Part shown: positions 54,744 to 64,000 of the stretch, one piece after another
Position numbering within the stretch: the first letter of the stretch is position 1
How the letters are laid out: each line of letters begins with the position of its first letter
Origin: Laetmonice hystrix
Taxonomy: Eukaryota
Reading direction: 5' to 3'
Assembly (NCBI GenBank): GCA_965235115.1
Contig: OZ249441.1
Coordinates: 12,772,001-12,836,000, forward strand
DNA: 64,000 nucleotides
Made by a program: the position numbers and the translations under genes
Notes under the pieces: model-generated
What the model was told of the DNA's origin: nothing
Databases searched by the model: none
The model's input: the letters and a program-made list of their open reading frames with translations, nothing else

Positions 54744-57700
54744 ATGAAGGCTGTTCACCATGACCATTGTTATTTTGGTCCGCCTGGGACTGTAGCATCC
54801 ACATCGGTGGCTTGGACAGCTCCGTCAGGCCTTCAGGACCTGTGCCACCTGGATGAAGGAAAAGGAGAGAAGTCTTCCAGGCAAGGGGCAACGTCTTTAC
54901 TTTTCCCACTTGCATCAGACCTTGATCCTCCTGCAGCTCTGTCAACCAGTATTCAGGGTGGCAAGGTTATAGTTGTCACTTCACAGGGTCTCCTGACATC
55001 ACAGACTGCTGGTCTTAACAAAGATGCTGATTTAAGTGGAGGAGTCGCACATGACCATGGACACTATTTTTCACCTCAGCGCTCTGATGCTAACAGTGAA
55101 AATGAATCCTCTGGAGGTCAAGCAAACATTTCCTTAGATCTCTCAACAGGCCATAAGCCTGACCAGCAGGATGTGTATCTTGAGTCTACCTCTTCAAACA
55201 TCTCTTTTCCTCAGTGTGAGTTCACTGCTCTGCCTGCGATCATATTTGCTCAAGATGATGAGGAACCTGGAGCAAATGAGACTGATTTAGATCGCAGTGT
55301 AAAGGCCAGCGACAACGCTGAATCTAAGGACATAACCAATCTGGGTACCAAATCTAAAAAAGGACAAGAAGCTGGGATTTTGAAAAGGTCTAATTCCCGC
55401 CAAAAAGGTGCACAGAAACCAAAACTGGATGCCAAATCTACAAAAACAGTTCCAGAAACTGGCCAGAAAAAGGTCAATACACGAAGAAAACAGAAGCTGA
55501 AAGATGTTGGAGACCACAGTGTGCCTACTACTAATGTCAATGAGCCTATTGTAAAGCCAGAACCAGTTCCTGATCCAGTTGGTGAAAATAAAGGGAAACG
55601 TCCAGCTTCCAGACGAAGGGCTACAACATCTCCTCCACAAAAGCCATCCCCCAAGAAGAAACGGAAAACAAACAGTGAAGAGGGGGAAGAGAAGCAGACA
55701 AAGCCCGCAAAGCCAGTGAAAGGCAAGAAAGACTCTAAGGTCAGCAAGGAAAAGGTTGAGGTTCCCACTGTGCAAAAAGCAAAGGACACTGCAACGGTCA
55801 ACCAAACCCATCATGGTAGATCCATTGGTACACGATCTCGTCAGGCTTTAATCACCGAAACATCAACAGAAGTACCTGTACCAATTCTGCAATCAGGTCG
55901 GCGAACACGAAGTAAGGCATTGGAAGTTGAAGCTGAGCTGCAAAACTTGAAAAAAGAACTGGTAGAAAGAAAACCGAAAGAGAATGAATCTGACAGCAAT
56001 AAACTACCTATAACACGAAAGAAAAGAGGAAAGACAACAATTGTCTTGCAAACTAAAGCGAAAAAGGCCAGGCTTAATGAAAAACAGCCAGATGTTTCAA
56101 ACAAAGTTGAAGAGCTCAAAACAGATAAAGACCAAGAAAAGGACAAGGAAGCTAAACTGGATGAGGCACTTCTAAAAGAGGAGGCATCCAGCCAGGAAGT
56201 ATCTGTTGAAGTTGGTTTGAAGGATGAGGCATTTTTGACAGTGAATAAGGAAATACAGGAAGAGAAAGAGGATCAACAAGAAGAAAAAATAGCAGAGAAA
56301 GAAGTGTCAAAACCTTCTCCTCGAAAAAGGAAGAATTCAGGTGGGAAGATGGAAGAAGAGGAGGAGTATATGATTCGCTTTATTCCTGATGGTGATGTTT
56401 CCTCCTCTGGCAATCACTGGGGTCAATCGGCTCCTTCTGACGTCCTGCTGAGAATTTTTCAGTATGTTGTGGCTGCAGAGGGTCGATTTCCTTTCCTGTC
56501 CAGGTCAGTACATAAGTTTTATTGAAAACAGACAGTTGTTACAATTTATTCCATATCATACCAGAATAAAAGTCAACATAATCAAGTGGTCCCATTACTT
56601 CTATTATTAAGAAGCAATTGAAAATATCAGATGTATTGAGACTTAAGTGAATACCTGGCTGTATGCTTTACTAGTTAGATAATAATGTTCTTAGCCTGTA
56701 TGAAAGGGTTTAGGCTTTTTTCATTCATATTTCATATGAGAGGCAACATGCATGCCAATTTGTTTCATGTTCAGATGAATTATGGCAACATGGCAGCATA
56801 TCCCTAGAACTGTTCAGGAGAACCACATCAAGTTACTACAATTGTTAATAGATAGGATGTCATATGATGTTTCAGTGGGATGTATCTGCATAAGTGTTCC
56901 AGATTTACCGTACCATATAATATTGGCCGGATGCAACATTTTGTGAAGTTAATGCAAAAAACTTGCTAGCTAGCCTAGTTTTAAGATTGCACACATATGA
57001 AGCAATTGGGTTATAAATATCACAATATATAAATTTTTCAAACTGTATTGTTACCATGCCATGCTTTCCATTTTAAATATTTCTATCATTACAGGGCATC
57101 TAAGGTATGCCGCCTTTGGTATGAGGTTGGCCGTCACCCATCACTGTGGACAAGTGTTGATCTATCAGGATCAAGTCTCCGTAAATACAAGAAGTCTTTA
57201 ACCTGGCTGTGTAAACGACGTCTAGGTGATGCCTGCAAGTACCTGAGTTTGGCAGGCTGGAACACCCTAACTGATGCTGACATACAGGTATAGAGTCACA
57301 AACGGAAGTCAGTAATAGTGTTAGAACATCCACATTTATGTATGGATCTCTGTAATTGTCACATGTATCCAAGAAAAATTTGTGACAATTAGATATAGTT
57401 TACTGTTAACTTCCCTGCTCATGTTGGGGATAAAGTGTCCATGTTGTCTCCTCATCTCAATCTTTCTTGCCACTATTTTATAGATCTTGACAAAACATTG
57501 CACAAATTTAGAGGGCATCAATCTTGCAAAGTGCAACAAATTGACAGCCGCCTCAGTACACAACCTGGTCACCAGATGCAACCATTTAAGAGACATCGAC
57601 TTATCAAGTGCCTGGGTAAGACTAAGAGTATCTTTCTCTTTAAAAATTATGGCGATCTGTAAATTGACATATCTTTTTAACTTAGTTTAAGTCAACAGGC

Positions 57701-60196
57701 AGTGGATGGTCTGTGAATCCACCAAAATCTTTACCCAGTAAAGCAATGGGGTAGTAACAAAAAGTGCCTTTACTACAAAGTAGACTGGAAAGTAGATGTT
57801 GGATGTTTATCAAAGTTACCCTATTGGTCTGTTGCATTGCTGCAATCCCATGGAACCTATGGAAGGTTGAACCAGTTAAACGGGTATGCCCATATCCATA
57901 TGTGCCTGTCTTTTATATCTTTTCAGTTGAGCCAAAAATATCAGGTTTGATCCCAGAATACATAGTAAATTGGGATCTATATTGAGGGTGGTTTTGCTTG
58001 AGGGCTGTGTTACAAGTTACCGTATTCTTTACCTGCAGACATATGCCGTGACACCAAAGACCTTGATGTTCCTGATTGAGACGATGGGAGCCAACTTGGA
58101 GCGTTTATGTCTGGCCATGAATGCATTGGTTCGTCCTGATTCCGTCATTACAGCTATAATGGTGAGTTAAATAAATTGCAGATAATCATTGATAATCTCC
58201 TTGAGTTTCTTGATGTGGTCTGAGGTGCATGTCCCCTTCTGTCCTCCTGCTTGGTTTTCAAATCTGTATTTACTCGAGCCTACTTTGTCTAGAGTTGTAG
58301 ATAAGCAAGGATAACATGCTTGGACAATGACTAGAAACTTAGAAAGTGAAAGAAAATCTCATCAAGCCTATCTAAGAGTGTACTAAATATTAAAAAGTCA
58401 AATAAAAATAGGAATCGGCTTTTCCTTTATCAATGTGAACGTATACATACAAGATATATTAAAAGTGCAATGTAAGAGTGGAAGTTGATAGTCAAAGGAA
58501 TGTACTTCACAAGGCAATTGAATATATTATATTGATGTGCACCCTTGGATTTTTGATAATCCATTTTATATGTTGATCACAGACTCACTGCCCCAACCTG
58601 AGCCACCTGGATATGTCCAACTGCTACTTCTCATCCTATCTCATGTGTCTACCGATTGAGCGACTACAGATAGCATGCCCCAAACTGCAGTCTCTTCTCT
58701 TTGCTAACTCGCTGTTTCAAGTAAAGTCTCCAGTTGCCAAAGAACAGGTATGTTTTAAAAGACATAGTAACATTTGTTACTGTGAAAATATTTCCTTGCT
58801 GTGGTACTGATATTTCACTGGAATAATGGGACATATGAATATATTATAACGTTTTTCATAATTAATTTGTAATTTCAGGCTGCAAGTGAAGGGTTCCCTT
58901 GTCTTGAACACCTTGATGTATCGCGGAGTCCGAGCAGAGTCAACAGGTTCCGTTATGTCACTGATGATGTCCTGAAAAGGTAAAATGGGTCAATTAAGCT
59001 AACATAAATTTACCTATGGTGTGCCTATGAAAATCATACACAACCTCAGACATGAGGTCTGCACTTATCTAAAAGGAAGGTGATCATGTATACTTTACTT
59101 ATGAACACAGAGCAAGCATCAAAACTTAACCAAACAAGTTAAGTCATCACTGCAAGAAATTCTGTCCAGTTTCCCTTTTTCCAGGTTGGTTGCTCATAGA
59201 CCTACAGGTGGATAAATGTGAAGTCTAGATTAAAACTTTATAGAAGATATTATTTTATAATTATACAGGCTACTAAAGAACTCCAATAACCTGAAGACAC
59301 TGGATGTCAGCGGTTGCCGGCATGTAACTGCCAACTGCCTCAAAACCCTGCCAACAGGAGGGTTGCAATCACTTGCCATGTCACAGTGCCGCGCAGTCAT
59401 GAGCCCAGATATTGCTGACACCATTCTTAAGGTATCTATCTTGTCAAACTGATGAGTGGAAGTAGACTGAAAGTAAAATGAGCTTGTAGTCAGTGCAAAG
59501 GAACCTGATGGAATTTAGTTAGAATAGTGTACAAAATGTGATGATGGCCAAAATATAGTAGTTTACGATAAGAAATTTGATGTGTACATAATATGATGTT
59601 GTAATGGATTGAAAAGAAAATTGGACACGACAGAACAAACCTGAGAGTTTATGATGGTGAAGTCATAATTGATTCATAATTTTTATGATGTTTCAGTGGC
59701 GGAATAGCCTTACAGATCTGGACCTCAGTGGCAACTCCATAGATGTGGCCCTTGTTCTGTAAGTTGATGCATTGCAGCTTTGTACAGTTTGTGGTTAGAG
59801 GAAATAAAGTAGAACTGATATGAGAGAATGTTAAATTTCCAGTGATCATTTCTGTAGTTACTGAATTCAAGCTTTGTTAAGTAAACATCATGGAATGAAG
59901 ATATTGGTATTTTACTTTTGAATCTAGATAGATGATAGGATTTATAAGCCATTGCCAACTTTTGTCATACTTCAGTGATAATAAAGGGTTTAAAGATTCC
60001 AAACTTCTTACTTTCTACTACTGACTGTTTTTAATAATATGATTGAAGGAGGCTGGTGACAGAGTGTGAGAGGCTGAGGCGGCTGGATGTGAGTGGCTGT
60101 CGGGGTCTGCCATGGGGAGCACGCAAGGACCACGTGGGGCAGGAGGCCCTTCAGCAGTTGGCCGTCACCCTTCAGCAGGGGGAGAAACCCTTGTAA
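54744..60196 (+). CDS. FBXL6: F-box/LRR-repeat protein 6 with long basic/acidic low-complexity N-terminal extension
   Basis: Exons 54744 (start tentative; acceptor at 54664)-56503, 57095-57287, 57484-57615, 58039-58161, 58583-58747, 58879-58979, 59269-59431, 59697-59758, 60049-60196. The F-box WGQSAPSDVLLRIFQYVVAAEGRFPFLSRASKVCRLW resembles recalled human FBXL6 [37 protein letters not shown]. It is followed by cysteine-containing LRRs (CPNLSHLDMSNC, LKTLDVSGC, LRRLDVSGC). Confidence 0.9.
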
Positions 60197-63100
60197 AGCA
60201 GTAATTACCAGCAGTGAGCATTATGAAATGACGAATGTTTGCAAGCACAGAAAGATTTTCCTGTGCTGGCGATGTTACACTGTACCAAAGTACTATGTGC
60301 TGAAATCATAGGACAACTGTAATTTGAGCCAGAGCATTAAGGTATTGTTGGGCTACCAAAGCAGAGAAAGTGCTCTAAGGGTACATGAAAAGTCTGGGTA
60401 TTTAGAAGCTGTACAGACGTATAGATTACTACACGTACTGGTATGTATGTTACATAGCATTTACATGGTAAATCTAGCTAGGCTGTATAGCCTCCACCTT
60501 ATGAGGGAAATCCCTACGTACAGCTTATGAGGGAATCACTACATACAGGCTTCAGTTGTAAAAAGGTGTACTTGCACTCTAGCCACACTCCCCTCTAACC
60601 TGCAGTTCAATTCCTGGAATTCTCAAAATTAGCAAGAAGTATGGGGATGCCCGACACCTGAATGTTTGTACCAATAGACCAAAATGGCTAATTGAAGTTC
60701 ATTCATATAAAATTTAAATTTACAGAGCTGTATATAAAAAGTTCCTTTGGCAGCTGCAAATGCTATTTTGAAAAAGGTAATGTAGAGACTCTTACATCTA
60801 ATAATGAACTGCTTCATGCACCTTTGTTATTGTAAGTATGTCAAGATTAAGATTACAAAGTCGGATCAGCAGTGATTAAAATAGAAATGGTGAGTAGATG
60901 CTGTTTGATCACATCTATAATAACAGAGTGATGCAGGGTACTTGGGTATAAAGCAGTTTTGTGACTGGTAGGCCGTTACAGTTCGTTAAAAAAATTAATT
61001 AAATCCCAAGGCGTCGTCAATGGCTGAAGACATTGATTTTGTAAATGATGATCCATCTCCTCGCAGGGGAAATCACAAGAAGAAGAAAGGAGGGGGGGGG
61101 TGATATCTTCTGGCATGTATTAAGGCCTCGGCTTAGATTTTTGTACCCAGTAAGTTGAGATACGATGTAAGTTGTCTCGCCCAAGTATCTTCGATTGGTA
61201 GATATTTGATGAAGTCGATAACTAAGGAATAATGCTTTTCACATACAAGTAAAGGGAATATGTAATATGGGATGTGTAAATACACAGCAGAGAGTTGGTT
61301 ATTTTATTGCAAGGGAAGGCAGCATATCGGCGTAGCACTCGTTAGGACAATCTTATTATGTTGTATCCGTATTTGTTGTATGTGTGTTCGCTATTCACCA
61401 TATAAACTGTTCAGTTTGCTGGAGAGTACTGTTGTCGACACATAAATGCGTGAAACCTTAGTGTGGTAGAGCGTTTATGATTGATTGAAGAATAGTCTTC
61501 ATATGTGTTACTACAAGGTACAGTGCCATTAGACTATAGCCACATTTTTCTGGTAGTTGGTAAGCTGAGCACGTCTTTGTCTTTGCTTGATTGGGTAGGT
61601 TTGAGTTGATAAAGGAAGTGCAATAAATATCCATCACGTGACTGTTGGGAAAATTCTGAGGCAGCGAATATGTTATTTAATCTAAATACAATTATATTAT
61701 GTACCTTACCTTATTGCCAACCACTGTCAGTGAAAGTGCATGATGTTTTTAACACTTCCTGGCAGCTGACCTGTGCATCAAAAGGAAATAATAAGAAAAA
61801 AAAAAGAAACTTTTGGCAGCAAATCCTGAAATGGAACATCTTCATGCATCACTTGGCAGCACACCGCTGTGCAATTACAACTATAGGTTTGAATAGTGTA
61901 ATCTTTTCACTATCTAACCATTCGAGAAAATATACACAAAATAGTAAGCGTATGGGCACATTCATCCATCAATATTTGTATGGAGGTCCATTTCTTCAAG
62001 TTATTGAAAATTACCAGATTAATTTGATTAGATTTGACAAGCAGAGGACAAATTAGCTAACACACAAAAATTAATTGACTAGCTAATATGATTTGACAAA
62101 CAAAACTTTCGTGTCCCGTAAAACGGTTTTGTCATCCACGAGGTATAATGTTCTGGAGATTAGAGGTGTTCAAGGCATTTTTGTTATCTGAACATCTGCA
62201 GAAAACCCATATCTTTTTTTTCTTTATTTTAATGAATGCACAACCATGCACATTTTATTATCAAATGGTGTTAGACTAAGAATTCTTGTCTAGAATAACA
62301 CTAGACTGCAAAAGTTGCCATAATACATTGTATTACAGTTTTCTTTTTGTTTTATCCTATGTTATTATTTCTACCGAAGGTGCTTTATTATGTATGTTTG
62401 ATTCCGTGTTTAGCAAATAGATTGATTTAGCATTTGTATTGCTTGTTGTTATAGGTCAAAGAATTGTTTTTAGCGATTGGTTGTTCCTTCTACTAAGAAG
62501 ATAGGAACATCCGATTGGTGAATGAACGGATGAAATCCTGCCAGTGTACTTTGTTGTACATAGACCTAATTAATCTAACTTTGATGGATCAGAACAATTC
62601 CAATCAAAGAGAAAAATTGTCTGTACAGAAAACTGCATATTCGCATTTTTTTAATTATGCAGATATAATCATTACTTAATATGCTGCCGTAGTCAACTGG
62701 CATATTGTTGATGATCTGAAGGAACTTATTTCCATTGCTTGGTCCCAACCAGTTGACTTGCAGTGTACGTTAAGATGAGCCTACACCTTCAAAATGAAAT
62801 CATGTGTCTTAGGTTTTAGGTCTACTGTGCATTCAGCTTTCTGAAATGGACATGCAAGTCTGTAAGATGTGTAACTGAATAAGAGACCTAGTATCTGTTG
62901 ATTTGTAGTAGATCGATGCGTACTATATATTATTATGCATGTTATATAGTTCAGTTGTGGAGAAGATAGGTTTACATTAGCTTCGACTTGCTGTGGCAGG
63001 ACGATTTGGCTTTTATGTCATTTGAACGAACACGGTGTTGACAGAGTCTTCCCCAGGAAGACACTTTCAAACGGTATACAGGTCTACGTTTATTTGATTA

Positions 63101-64000
63101 CCAGATGCCACATCATGTATCCGTTAAATTCATCAGTAATTCATTGAATCCATGGGTATCTCCCTTAAATCAACAACTGGGCTAATTAGTGAGCCAAATC
63201 CTACTTTTTCAAAAACTGCCATAACCCTAGTATTTGAATTGAAAAGGCCCGGTTAACAAGCAAAGTCAAGTCAATTCTAATGAACTTAAGTCAATTTTAG
63301 TCGAATCTGATTGGTTAAAATGGATTAATAACTTTGCTTGTGAATGTTAACCCGGCCCAGAACGTGAAGCTAGGTAATCTTAGTATGTGTATACTGTGTA
63401 AAATCTGTGGTATGTAAGAGTGTGCGATGAGCCGACTGTACTTTAATCTTCGTGTAGAGGCAATTCTTTCATACTGCGACTGCAGTTTTCTATAAAACGT
63501 TTGAACCTTCCTCTATTAGATTACCTGTTACCGTTTCTCCTATATAGATCATGATAGTAGATGTGTATTTCAGGGCATATGGGATTCACTCTAGATCGTA
63601 TACTATGACTATAAAGTGTTGCCAGTATGTATCTTTCTAATGTAGAATTTTTGTGACGATTGGAAATAAAAATACACCAACGGTGAAGAGTTGACTTGCA
63701 TCATAGACTGAGGGGCCCGCGTCTTGGGTCAAATTTAGACCCCCCTGAAAGATTTTTCATACTGCAGTAAGTTAGGAACTTTGGAGAATAGGGGGTGGCG
63801 AACAGCTGTAGATGGTATAGCACGATGACAACACGAGTTGGGAAAATCTCAGACAGTGACCACTGGGTGCTTTTCCGATTCCTCGTTACAGAATATTTCC
63901 TTTAATTTCTTTTAGTGTATGACAATGTACTCGGGGGAAATTGCACTTCTGCATTTCTTTGCAATTTGATACCCCTAGTAAGTTACAATAGCAACAATAA

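Noticed and set aside
55250-56146. Long minus-strand ORFs antisense to FBXL6 (also those antisense to the ZnF, SENP and SMARCAD1 exons)
   Set aside because: Shadow ORFs of biased-composition coding exons, with no independent splice or domain support.

Overview
AT-rich, intron-containing animal genomic DNA. It is probably an invertebrate deuterostome: frequent TAGGCCTA motifs and long G/C runs suggest an echinoderm, but this is inference only. Six spliced protein-coding genes can be built by hand, with reading-frame phase checked at each junction. They are the 3' end of a C2H2 zinc-finger gene (+, to 1751), DNAJC8 (+, 3103-7418), a SENP6/7-type SUMO protease with a large Q-rich N-terminus (-, 12195-30858), PDHA1 (-, 32726-37197), SMARCAD1 (+, 42570-51288, one GC-AG intron) and FBXL6 (+, 54744-60196). 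The most unusual structure is a ~3.7 kb foldback-like element (37298-41038) lying only ~100 bp upstream of the PDHA1 start codon, between the divergent PDHA1 and SMARCAD1 genes. Each of its inverted arms has a ~126-bp outer domain plus tandem ~167-bp units (14 on the left, ~2.5 on the right). It has no ORF and no detectable target-site duplication. Introns and intergenic DNA carry many small non-autonomous elements: a 704-bp TIR element with a perfect 8-bp TSD, a Tc1/pogo-type MITE, CAGTG-terminated elements, a Helentron/DINE-like element and ~28-bp CATAG...CTATG micro-hairpins. There is also a 30/38-bp minisatellite. No rRNA, tRNA, CRISPR array or transposase gene was found.
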